This document shows, piece by piece, positions 1 to 7,846 of a stretch of DNA of 42,385 bases. A program made the translations under genes and the position numbers. The first letter of the stretch is position 1, and the number at the start of each line of letters is the position of its first letter. This DNA is from Candidatus Woesearchaeota archaeon. Its GTDB lineage: Archaea > Nanobdellota > Nanobdellia > Woesearchaeales > GW2011-AR9. The notes under the pieces were generated by a model. That model was not told the DNA's origin and made no database searches. It was given only the letters and a program-made list of their open reading frames with translations. The stretch is taken from the NCBI GenBank assembly GCA_013204355.1, contig JABMOA010000006.1, positions 1 through 42,385 on the forward strand. The letters are read 5' to 3'.

Positions 1-46
1 AGCTTGTTTCCTTCGGGATATCCCGGTTCAAATCCGGGCGCTGGCG
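1..46 (+). tRNA. 3' portion of a tRNA gene; the 5' part lies outside the window and the isotype cannot be determined
   Basis: T-arm CCCGG-TTCAAAT-CCGGG (22-38), then acceptor 3' strand CGCTGGC and discriminator G. An oligo-T run at 48-54 follows. Confidence 0.7.
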
Positions 47-60
47 CTTTTTTTCGTTAA

Positions 61-70
61 TTTTATATAA
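61..70 (+). promoter_or_regulatory. TATA box for the leaderless gene starting at 91
   Basis: ttttatataa lies 21-30 nt upstream of the ATG at 91. The same spacing recurs before many genes in this window. Confidence 0.4.
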
Positions 71-90
71 CCTCTAACTCTCAGATCACA

Positions 91-1356
91 ATGCCTAAAA
101 ATCACGTTAAAATAAATCTAATATTGTCAATTATAGTATTACTAGGAATTCTGTTTGTGAATCCTTTGCGTGACCAAGCTGTATCAGTAATTATGCTACT
201 TTCGTTTGTAGTATTAATGATCTCTCTAAAAAAGAAAGAATGGCAAGATGTGATTATCTCTCTAATAACATTACTTTCATTTGGCGTTGCAAAACTAATG
301 TTTGATGTTGATCAACCAATACTTGCTTTGAGGACTGCGGCAATTCTTGCATTTCTATTCTTGAATTATGTATTATTGATAGGTCCGTGGAGCAGGTTTA
401 GCAAAAAGTTTTTACCCTTATATGAATTTAGAAGGCATTTTGGTGTTGCAGCGTTATTACTTGGTTCCGTGCATGCTGCACTTGTCTATGCACATTATTT
501 TACATTTTCATTTATCGCAATCCTTGAAACCGGATTTACATTTTATGGGTTACTGGCCCTTCTAATTATGTTCTGGTTAGGGGTTACAAGTTTGGATTAT
601 CTTCAGAAACATGTTAAACCATTACAGTGGAGTATTTTGCATACTATATTATTTTTAGTGTTTGTGTGGCTAAGTTATTCATTTTATCAGTTCAATCCTA
701 AAACACTGCATCTTGTTGCGTTAGGATTATTTGGTTTATTTTGGATTTCTGTTGCACCATATAGCCTTGCAAAACGATTTATCACACAATGGGTGTTTGG
801 ATGGAAGCAGTTACATGTGCTTGTTCATGTTGCCTATTGGTCTATTGTATTACATGTTGCACTTGGTGTGATTGAAGTTCAGGCTACATGGTTGCAGATT
901 TTATTTTGGGGATTAGTAGCGTTTGTCTTAGGGTCACATCTTGTTGGAATTTGGATGTTGCTTAAGAAAGATCATAAAAAATATGAAACGATTATGAAAG
1001 ATGATAAAAGATTTACTTTGGTTGGAGAATCTAAAGATTTTAAAGAGAATGTTGGACAAAAGTTTGTTGTAAATGATATTCCGATCGCTATTTTTAAATA
1101 TCAGAACAAATTTCTTGCATACAGTAATATCTGTGCTCATCAAAAAGGTCCATTGTCTGAAGGAAAAATAGTGAATGGATATTTAGAATGCCCATGGCAC
1201 AAATTTCAATATTCAGTTAAAGATGGATGTGGGCCAGAAGGATACGATGATGCTGTACCATTTTATGAGGTAATTGAGAAAGAGGACAAGGTATATGTTT
1301 ATATAAATCCTGAACTAAAAGATAAATGTCCACGGAGAAAGAATGATCCTAGATGA
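91..1356 (+). CDS. Polytopic membrane protein: ferric-reductase/YedZ-like His-rich TM domain fused to a C-terminal Rieske [2Fe-2S] domain
   Basis: 421-aa ORF. It has about 8 hydrophobic helices with conserved His (GSVHAALVYAH, HVLVHVAYWSIVLHV). The C-terminus carries CAHQKGPL...CPWHKFQY, which is the Rieske C-x-H...C-x-x-H signature. Confidence 0.7.
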   Translation: MPKNHVKINLILSIIVLLGILFVNPLRDQAVSVIMLLSFVVLMISLKKKEWQDVIISLITLLSFGVAKLMFDVDQPILALRTAAILAFLFLNYVLLIGPWSRFSKKFLPLYEFRRHFGVAALLLGSVHAALVYAHYFTFSFIAILETGFTFYGLLALLIMFWLGVTSLDYLQKHVKPLQWSILHTILFLVFVWLSYSFYQFNPKTLHLVALGLFGLFWISVAPYSLAKRFITQWVFGWKQLHVLVHVAYWSIVLHVALGVIEVQATWLQILFWGLVAFVLGSHLVGIWMLLKKDHKKYETIMKDDKRFTLVGESKDFKENVGQKFVVNDIPIAIFKYQNKFLAYSNICAHQKGPLSEGKIVNGYLECPWHKFQYSVKDGCGPEGYDDAVPFYEVIEKEDKVYVYINPELKDKCPRRKNDPR

Positions 1357-1495
1357 AAAAAAGATTCCTGAACAAAAACATGCAAAGGAAGAAAAGAAGA
1401 AAAAGAAGCAAAATCCATTAGATCATTATCTAGATGAATTGGAAGGTTATGATGAAGGTTGTACACCGAATGATTTGATGTCTTCAGGAGAATAA
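1343..1495 (+). CDS. Possible 50-aa Lys/Glu-rich micro-protein
   Basis: The ATG at 1343 lies 11 nt upstream of the TGA stop of the Rieske fusion gene (14-nt overlap, different frame). Translation: MILDEKKIPEQKHAKEEKKKKKQNPLDHYLDELEGYDEGCTPNDLMSSGE. Confidence 0.25.
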   Translation: MILDEKKIPEQKHAKEEKKKKKQNPLDHYLDELEGYDEGCTPNDLMSSGE

Positions 1496-1496
1496 G

Positions 1497-1628
1497 ATGG
1501 AAGAATTTATTATAAGAAAATTTAAGGTGACGTGTTGCAAGTCTTATTTAACACCTAAGGGAAGATGTTATACCTGTCCTGAACGACAGGAGTGGAAGGA
1601 CCCTGATGAAGAGGAAACCTTTTTATAA
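1497..1628 (+). CDS. Possible 43-aa Cys-containing micro-protein
   Basis: Starts 1 nt after the previous stop. Translation: MEEFIIRKFKVTCCKSYLTPKGRCYTCPERQEWKDPDEEETFL, with CC...CxxC. Confidence 0.3.
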   Translation: MEEFIIRKFKVTCCKSYLTPKGRCYTCPERQEWKDPDEEETFL

Positions 1629-1691
1629 CTTCTAAGTTTCATTATTTTATGAAAATTATATATTGGAACCGCACAGAGGTGACAAGATAAA

Positions 1692-2444
1692 ATGAAAATT
1701 ATTAGTTGGAATGTCAATGGCATCAGAGCATGTGTTAAGAAAGGATTCCTAGATTTTGTTGAAAAAGAAAAACCTGACATCATTTGTTTACAAGAAACAA
1801 AAGCACATCCAGATCAAGTTGATGATATGTTACATGATTACCCCCACCATTTCTGGAATGCTGCGGAAAAAAAAGGTTATTCTGGAACTGCAATTTTTTC
1901 TAAGGTTAAACCTATCTCAGTCTTATATGGTGATAAACCAATGGATGATGATCAAGGTCGTGTGATCGCAGTTGAGTTTAGTGATTATTATCTTGTGACT
2001 GTATATACACCTAATTCTAAACGTGGTTTAGTTGGGTTAGATAGAAGAGCGAAATGGGATAAGGAGTTTCATAAATTTTTAATGGATTTGGAAAAGAAGA
2101 AGCCAGTCATTTTCTGTGGTGATTTGAATGTAGCACATACTGAAATTGACCTTGCAAATCCAAAATCAAATTATAATAAGAATGCTGGATACACACAAAA
2201 AGAAATTGATGGGTTAGATAGATATATTGAATCTGGATTTATTGATAGCTTTCGGGAATTTAATAAGGAACCACAAAATTACACGTGGTGGAGTTATATG
2301 TTTCATGCAAGAGATAAGGACATTGGTTGGCGAATTGATTATTTCATGGTTTCTAAGAAATTGAAAAGTAGATTGAAGGATGCATTTATTCTGAAGGATG
2401 TGATGGGTTCTGATCATTGTCCTGTAGGAATTCTTCTAAAATAG
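1692..2444 (+). CDS. xth: Exodeoxyribonuclease III / AP endonuclease
   Basis: MKIISWNVNGIRA...LQETK...GDLNVAH...WRIDY...GSDHCPV. This is the full-length Xth/APE1 motif set. Confidence 0.9.
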   Translation: MKIISWNVNGIRACVKKGFLDFVEKEKPDIICLQETKAHPDQVDDMLHDYPHHFWNAAEKKGYSGTAIFSKVKPISVLYGDKPMDDDQGRVIAVEFSDYYLVTVYTPNSKRGLVGLDRRAKWDKEFHKFLMDLEKKKPVIFCGDLNVAHTEIDLANPKSNYNKNAGYTQKEIDGLDRYIESGFIDSFREFNKEPQNYTWWSYMFHARDKDIGWRIDYFMVSKKLKSRLKDAFILKDVMGSDHCPVGILLK

Positions 2445-2673
2445 AACCCCCTTTTACTGGATACAAATTATAATCTGGAGCACAATGTAATTTCATAATT
2501 TCAAATAAATCAAAAGGAACATCTTCACTGAGAATTGTGATGTTATTTCTATATGCATCATTCCTTAATCCTTGAAGAACAAGACCTTGCATAACCCTGT
2601 TTCCTTTTTCATCAAAGATTAGGTATGTTGGTTTTAATCCGTCTTGTTTATATTGAAGGAGATAATGTGTCAT
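2386..2673 (-). CDS. Hypothetical 95-aa protein
   Basis: ORF with a TATA-like tttttaaaac about 27 nt upstream on the minus strand. Its 3' end overlaps the xth 3' end by 59 nt (convergent). Confidence 0.4.
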   Translation of the reverse strand: MTHYLLQYKQDGLKPTYLIFDEKGNRVMQGLVLQGLRNDAYRNNITILSEDVPFDLFEIMKLHCAPDYNLYPVKGGSILEEFLQDNDQNPSHPSE

Positions 2674-2750
2674 AGATAGTTATAAGATGGGTGTTTTAAA
2701 AAACTTCTGAAAAATAGTACGTAATATTTATAATAAATAGTATCTAAAAT

Positions 2751-3239
2751 ATGTTTATGAACAAAATTCAATCTTTAGCTGTAACGGTTGCATTATTATT
2801 CAATGTGGGTTGTACTACTTCTTTAGATTCTTATAGGAAAGAAACTGGTTACGAAAAACCTCATACGGTTGAAGGATATCATCATTTTGCTGGTTGGTGT
2901 AAAAAGACTGGCAGAATTGAAGATCAAATCTGGGCACATCAAGAAGCAGTGAGAAAATTACCGAATGGGAGTGAAGCAGAAATTACTGAAAGAATTGAAT
3001 TAGGACAAAGTTACTTGACTTTACTAAAAGATTTTCAATTAAATATCAGCACAAACAGATATTCTTCTGATGTTAAAGATACTTGGATTAAAGCAAGAAA
3101 TAAGTGTGTTGAAGCAAAAGAAAATTCTAATTTAATCCCGCCAAAAGAAATTCGGTTTTATGGAACACGAGAAGAGATAGATTATTTATGTGATAAATTT
3201 AATCATCAAAAAACATTTAGAGATTTCCAGACTTTTTAG
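2751..3239 (+). CDS. Putative lipoprotein, function unknown
   Basis: N-terminal signal with a lipobox-like LLFNVGC. Confidence 0.6.
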   Translation: MFMNKIQSLAVTVALLFNVGCTTSLDSYRKETGYEKPHTVEGYHHFAGWCKKTGRIEDQIWAHQEAVRKLPNGSEAEITERIELGQSYLTLLKDFQLNISTNRYSSDVKDTWIKARNKCVEAKENSNLIPPKEIRFYGTREEIDYLCDKFNHQKTFRDFQTF

Positions 3240-3825
3240 ACCATAGTTCTTTCATCATTTCTTTTGCACGTTTGGGGTCATGAGCTGTAATGATATCAAG
3301 ATTCATACGTGCAATTTTCATACTTTCATGACAATCAGTATCACAAGGAAAATGAGAAATTAAAACACTATCCTTGTCTCGTTTAGAGAGATTTGTCCAT
3401 GGATTTGTAGGTTGTTTTTGAAGATCTGTATATATGTCTGAAAAATGTTTTGTGAAATATTCCACACAACATTTTGGGTATCCCAAGACTTTTCCTAACT
3501 CTCCAGAATTATTCATCATTTCATGATATGCTGCAAGCCATGATTTTTCTTCATCTTTAGAAATATACACAAAGAACATACCAGGACGTTTATCTGTTTC
3601 AGGAATACGAATACCCTTATTGGAATAGGAAGAATCATCTGCAAGAATTACTTTAAATCGTGATTTGACAAGGTAAAGATGATGTTTTTTGCAATATGAT
3701 TCTACTTGTGGTAATTCATGATCATAGAATCCTTGTCTCACAACTTTTTTTGCCCCATCTTGAAGAAATAATATTTCTTGTGCTTTTGTTTTAGATCCAA
3801 ATATAAGGGAGAGTTTTTTAATCAT
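3217..3825 (-). CDS. Conserved Cys/His-motif protein, function unknown; the motifs remind me of the archaeal DUF483-type family (unverified)
   Basis: 202-aa ORF with LGYPKCCVEYF and ISHFPCDTDCHES motifs. Confidence 0.6.
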   Translation of the reverse strand: MIKKLSLIFGSKTKAQEILFLQDGAKKVVRQGFYDHELPQVESYCKKHHLYLVKSRFKVILADDSSYSNKGIRIPETDKRPGMFFVYISKDEEKSWLAAYHEMMNNSGELGKVLGYPKCCVEYFTKHFSDIYTDLQKQPTNPWTNLSKRDKDSVLISHFPCDTDCHESMKIARMNLDIITAHDPKRAKEMMKELWSKKSGNL

Positions 3826-3852
3826 ACAATACGAAAGTTTATTAATTATAAA

Positions 3853-4554
3853 ATGATTTCTATTCTTATGACTTTACTTATTAAAGATAAAAAAATGGAT
3901 GATGTTGATCGGTTTCAATTAATTTTATCATATTTTATGCAATTGATAGTGATTGTTGGAATTTTTATTTTTGCTGTTAGAAGCAATTGGATTAATATGG
4001 TTGCTTGTCTTGGAATTTTATTTCTTACATTTCTTCCTGCAATTGTAAGAAGAAGATATCATGTGTATTTCCCTCTTGAAATTGATTTTGTTGTAATTGG
4101 ATTTATTTTTGCAGCTATTTTTCTGGGAGAAATCCATGGATATTATACAAGATTTTGGTGGTGGGATAGTGTACTTCACATGGGTTCCGGTTTATTATTG
4201 GGGTTAACAGGTTTTCTTTTGATATATATTCTTAATGAGGAAAAAAAAGTTCATGTGAAAATGAAACCAGGATTCGTCGCATTATTTGCGTTTGCATTCG
4301 CTGTGATGATGGGCGGGATCTGGGAAATCTTTGAATTTAGTATGGATGGTTTCTTTGGATTAAACATGCAGAAATCAGGATTAATTGATACGATGTGGGA
4401 TTTAATTGTCGATACGGCCGGTGCTTTAGTAATTGCATTGTTAGGTTATTTCTATTTGAAGAAAGGAAATTCGTTTATTTTTGATAGAATCGTTCACAGG
4501 TTTGTAAAAAGGAATCCTCAGTTATTTAAGATGAAGATAAAAAAGAAAAAGTAG
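3853..4554 (+). CDS. Multi-pass membrane protein, function unknown (start uncertain: 3853 or 3896)
   Basis: About 6 TM helices with an acidic WEIFEFSMDGFFGLNMQKSGLIDTMWDLIVDTAG segment. The longer ORF from 3778 overlaps the divergent neighbour, so I trimmed it. Confidence 0.6.
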   Translation: MISILMTLLIKDKKMDDVDRFQLILSYFMQLIVIVGIFIFAVRSNWINMVACLGILFLTFLPAIVRRRYHVYFPLEIDFVVIGFIFAAIFLGEIHGYYTRFWWWDSVLHMGSGLLLGLTGFLLIYILNEEKKVHVKMKPGFVALFAFAFAVMMGGIWEIFEFSMDGFFGLNMQKSGLIDTMWDLIVDTAGALVIALLGYFYLKKGNSFIFDRIVHRFVKRNPQLFKMKIKKKK

Positions 4555-4618
4555 ATTCTTTAAAAAATGAACAAAAATAACTAAAACATTTTTAAAATAA
4601 AGAATAAAAATGAACTAA

Positions 4619-5872
4619 ATGTTATGTTCAATAGATTTGCTCCCCACACCACAAGGTTATAAAATTGTTGAAATAAATGGTATTAGTTCTGGGATGAAAG
4701 GATTTTGTGAGGTTTATGGAGATAATAGAGTACAAGAAAAAATATTCTCAATGTTAAGAGAAAGATATGGCACACTCTCAATGAATTTGGGTTATAGTTC
4801 TTGGCTAGAGTTAGAAGAGAAAAGAGCAGAGTATGCCTTAGATCATCCCTTCAAACATCGGTTAGAGAATTTATTCTCAATAATGTCACATAAAACTGGA
4901 ATTACAAAGAAATTACATCATTATAGTTATTCAAAACAACCCTATGTTAATTCTGATAAAGCATTAAATTCATGGGAATTTCAAAATGCTCCAAAAAATG
5001 AACCAATTGAGCTTCCATTTGAACATTATATCTGGCAAGATTCGTATATTATGAATTATGTTAATTCACGAGAAAAACATCCTAATGTTAATCCATTTTT
5101 TTTGGAAGAAATTTTAAATAACAAATTTTTAACATATAGGTTACTTAAGGATTCTACAATTAAAGATTATTTAATTCCAAGTGCACTTACAGGTTTAGGG
5201 TTTTCATATGGAAAAGACATTAATTCTGTTTTGGAAAATGGTGAACAAGATTTTGTAATCAAACCGATACGAGGGATTCAAGGGATTGGTGTTGAATTTG
5301 TAAAAAGAGAGAGAGTTGAGTACGAGAGAAGTTTAGAAGGATCAATGGCTTCTTTAAAATATTCACTATTTGATTTAGTGAAAGAGAACTTACTTAAACA
5401 GATTATAGATTTTGATAAAGAAATACCATATGTTGAAGACATGGTAGACAAGGGAGATTTACGGTTTGGGAATTCTCTTGCAATTATCCAACCATTTTTA
5501 GATACAAGAACAAACATTGATGGAGAAGATTATTTTCAATCAATTAGAGCAATTGTGTGTAATGGAGAATTTGTTGATGCATATACGCGTTATAGTAAAA
5601 ATCCATGTGTAAATTTATCACAAGATGCTAAAGCACGATTATTTGAAGGTGATATAGCACAAATCTGTGAAGATGTTGTTGAAACGCTATGTGAGTCTCT
5701 AACTGAGCAAATAAGAAAAGAAATAGAAAATTCTAATTTTAAAGATACTGATTTGCAATTATGGAAAGAATATGTTGAAGAAAGAGGAAGAACATCTCGT
5801 GAAGAGAGAGTTTCTCGCGTTATGAGGGATGGAATTAATGAGTTTATTAAAATGTTATATTTTCAAAAATGA
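4619..5872 (+). CDS. ATP-grasp-like enzyme with an apparently permuted motif order
   Basis: DFVIKPIRGIQGIGVEF, IIQPFLD, RAIVCNGEFVDAYTRYS and NLSQDAKA are in the usual order. The E-x-N metal-binding segment (GYKIVEINGISSGMKGF) sits at residues 14-30 instead of the C-terminus. Confidence 0.6.
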   Translation: MLCSIDLLPTPQGYKIVEINGISSGMKGFCEVYGDNRVQEKIFSMLRERYGTLSMNLGYSSWLELEEKRAEYALDHPFKHRLENLFSIMSHKTGITKKLHHYSYSKQPYVNSDKALNSWEFQNAPKNEPIELPFEHYIWQDSYIMNYVNSREKHPNVNPFFLEEILNNKFLTYRLLKDSTIKDYLIPSALTGLGFSYGKDINSVLENGEQDFVIKPIRGIQGIGVEFVKRERVEYERSLEGSMASLKYSLFDLVKENLLKQIIDFDKEIPYVEDMVDKGDLRFGNSLAIIQPFLDTRTNIDGEDYFQSIRAIVCNGEFVDAYTRYSKNPCVNLSQDAKARLFEGDIAQICEDVVETLCESLTEQIRKEIENSNFKDTDLQLWKEYVEERGRTSREERVSRVMRDGINEFIKMLYFQK

Positions 5873-5929
5873 GATTATCAAAAATCTAATCCCAAACAAT
5901 CAAAATCATACTCATCCTCAGGCTACTTA

Positions 5930-6150
5930 CATATATTCCATAATGGATTTACGTTGGGGCTCATCATTGGATCTTGAGAGATTAGAGCGGACCTGGGAGG
6001 ACATTCAGAAAAACTCTGCTTTTCTAATGCGAAAGCGTAGCTTCTCGTTCGAACCCCCGATCTATTCCTTACTTCCCATAATTGAGTAGGAGGGAATCGC
6101 CTTTTCTGGTCAATTAATGATATCCAGGCTGGGCCACAGGTCCACAATGA
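5930..6150. ncRNA. GC-enriched island, candidate structured RNA of unknown class (strand unresolved, plus slightly favoured)
   Basis: GC is clearly above the flanks. GGACCTG (~5988) pairs with CAGGTCC (~6137). Inside are local hairpins: AGAAAA/TTTTCT, a GAAA tetraloop in aTGCgaaaGCGt, and CGAT..TTCC..TACT / AGTA..GGGAATCG. Only two mutually overlapping antisense ORFs cover the island. Confidence 0.3.
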
Positions 6151-6221
6151 TGAAAAAAGGGAGGTTCTTATTTATAGTTTGTGGGTAAAGATTTAAAAAT
6201 GGAAATATAAACTAATCCTAC

Positions 6222-6554
6222 ATGAAATTATACAGAGGCATGAGTGATGTAGAATTATCTGATTGGGTTGAAAATGAAAGATCAATTCCAAAAGAAAAAT
6301 ATTTTACCTGTTGTCCAGAAGAAGCAATTGGTTTAGGAAAATTCTATTTGAGAAGTGGAAATTTAATTATTCTTCAAGTTCAAGCAGATGATTATTTTAC
6401 TGCATTTCATAATACTGATTCAAAAGGAGCAGGATATTGGTATGAAAATAAAAATAAAATATCTTTGGATGAAATTATCTTTGATATTCTCACCCCAAAA
6501 GAAGCTATGGCTTATAACGTTCCATTGTCCGTGGGAAAGGGATCGCATCTTTAA
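6222..6554 (+). CDS. Hypothetical 110-aa protein
   Basis: ORF only. Its 3' end overlaps the asnS 3' end by 50 nt (convergent). Confidence 0.4.
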   Translation: MKLYRGMSDVELSDWVENERSIPKEKYFTCCPEEAIGLGKFYLRSGNLIILQVQADDYFTAFHNTDSKGAGYWYENKNKISLDEIIFDILTPKEAMAYNVPLSVGKGSHL

Positions 6555-7806
6555 TTGAATCTAATCCACAAATCCATTTGATTACACGTTCTACACCTAA
6601 ACCAAAACCACCGTGTGGAACACTTCCGTATCTCCGTGTGTCAAGATAAAATTCGTATTCTTCTGGTTTCTCGCCATCAGCAATAAGACGTTGTTTAACT
6701 TTTTCAATATCATGTTCCCTATGAGACCCACCAATAATTTCGCCATGTCCTTCTGGTGCTAAGAAATCACATCCTTGCACAACTTTTGGATCCTTAGGGT
6801 CTTCAGTCATGTAGAATGCTTTTACTGCTTTTGGATAATGTGTTACGATTATTGGAACATCATATAATAATGTTAATTTTTCTTCTTCAATTGTTCTAAG
6901 ATCTTTACCCCAAGGTACATCCATTTCACATTTATCTTTCAGAATCTTAAGTGCTTCTGTATATGTCATTCGTATAAATGGTTTTTTCACAGTTGGTTCA
7001 AGAAGTTTCCAATCTCGTTCAATTGTTTCTAATTCTGGTTTGTGTTTTTCTAATACTACTTTGACTACATGTTTTAGTAATGCTTCTCCGTGATCTTGAA
7101 TATCTTTAAAGTCAGCCCACGCCATTTCCATTTCTGCATGCCAGTATTCTGTTAAATGTCTACTTGTTTTTGATTTTTCTGCACGGAAAGATGGTGAGAT
7201 CGTATAAATTTTTTCTAATCCAAAAATTGCTGGTTCTGCATACAACTGCCATGTTTGTGCTAAGAACACATCTTTCTTTCCAAAATAGTCAACGGAAAAT
7301 AAATCTGAACCACCTTCACATTGGACTGCTTGGAAGATTGGGGAATGATATTCATAGAACCCTGCTCCTTTGAAATATTCATCAATTGCGCCAAAAACGG
7401 TTGATCTGATTTTAAGAATTGCAATCATTTTTTGTGAACGTAACCATAAATGTCTATGGTCTGCAAGATGTTCAATTGATGTATCTTTTGTAATTGGAAA
7501 TTTATCAGATGTTCCCACAATGTCTAACTTTTCTACTTGTACTTCAAATCCTGTTGGTGCGCGTTCATCTTTCTTAATTTCACCGGTAATCATGATAGAG
7601 GATTCTACTTGTAACTTATCAATATCATCCCATTGTTTCTCAAATTGATCTCGTTTTAAGACACACTGAATAAGTTGTGTAGAATCTCTAAGTACAATAA
7701 ATTTAAGTTTAGAACTTCCTCGTTCTCTATGAACCCAGCCTCGTAGGGAAACTTTTCCTGTGCCGATGTCCATTGCGTCCTTGATTTGAATGTATTTTGT
7801 TGCCAT
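6505..7806 (-). CDS. asnS: Asparaginyl-tRNA synthetase (class IIb)
   Basis: FRAEKSKTSRHLTEYWHAEMEMAW, KAFYMTEDPKDPKVV, LAPEGHGEIIGGSHRE and RRYGSVPHGGFGLGVERV match archaeal AsnRS rather than AspRS signatures. Confidence 0.85.
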   Translation of the reverse strand: MATKYIQIKDAMDIGTGKVSLRGWVHRERGSSKLKFIVLRDSTQLIQCVLKRDQFEKQWDDIDKLQVESSIMITGEIKKDERAPTGFEVQVEKLDIVGTSDKFPITKDTSIEHLADHRHLWLRSQKMIAILKIRSTVFGAIDEYFKGAGFYEYHSPIFQAVQCEGGSDLFSVDYFGKKDVFLAQTWQLYAEPAIFGLEKIYTISPSFRAEKSKTSRHLTEYWHAEMEMAWADFKDIQDHGEALLKHVVKVVLEKHKPELETIERDWKLLEPTVKKPFIRMTYTEALKILKDKCEMDVPWGKDLRTIEEEKLTLLYDVPIIVTHYPKAVKAFYMTEDPKDPKVVQGCDFLAPEGHGEIIGGSHREHDIEKVKQRLIADGEKPEEYEFYLDTRRYGSVPHGGFGLGVERVIKWICGLDSIKDAIPFPRTMERYKP

Positions 7807-7846
7807 ATTTTGTTATATTTTATGATATTATAAAAAGGTTTACCCC

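Noticed and set aside
2386-2444. Convergent 3'-end overlaps (xth with the 95-aa ORF, 59 nt; asnS with the 110-aa ORF at 6505-6554, 50 nt) could be functional antisense regulation.
   Set aside because: More likely the small ORFs' true C-termini are not under selection, or the small ORFs are partly spurious. No structure or motif supports a regulatory role.
5930-6150. The GC-rich island could be SRP RNA, RNase P RNA, 5S rRNA or an intron-containing tRNA.
   Set aside because: I found none of the signatures: no helix-8 GGAA...AGCA motif, no GAGGAAAGUCC (CR-I), no 5S loop C/helix III consensus and no paired T-arm/acceptor on either strand. It is kept only as an unclassified RNA candidate.
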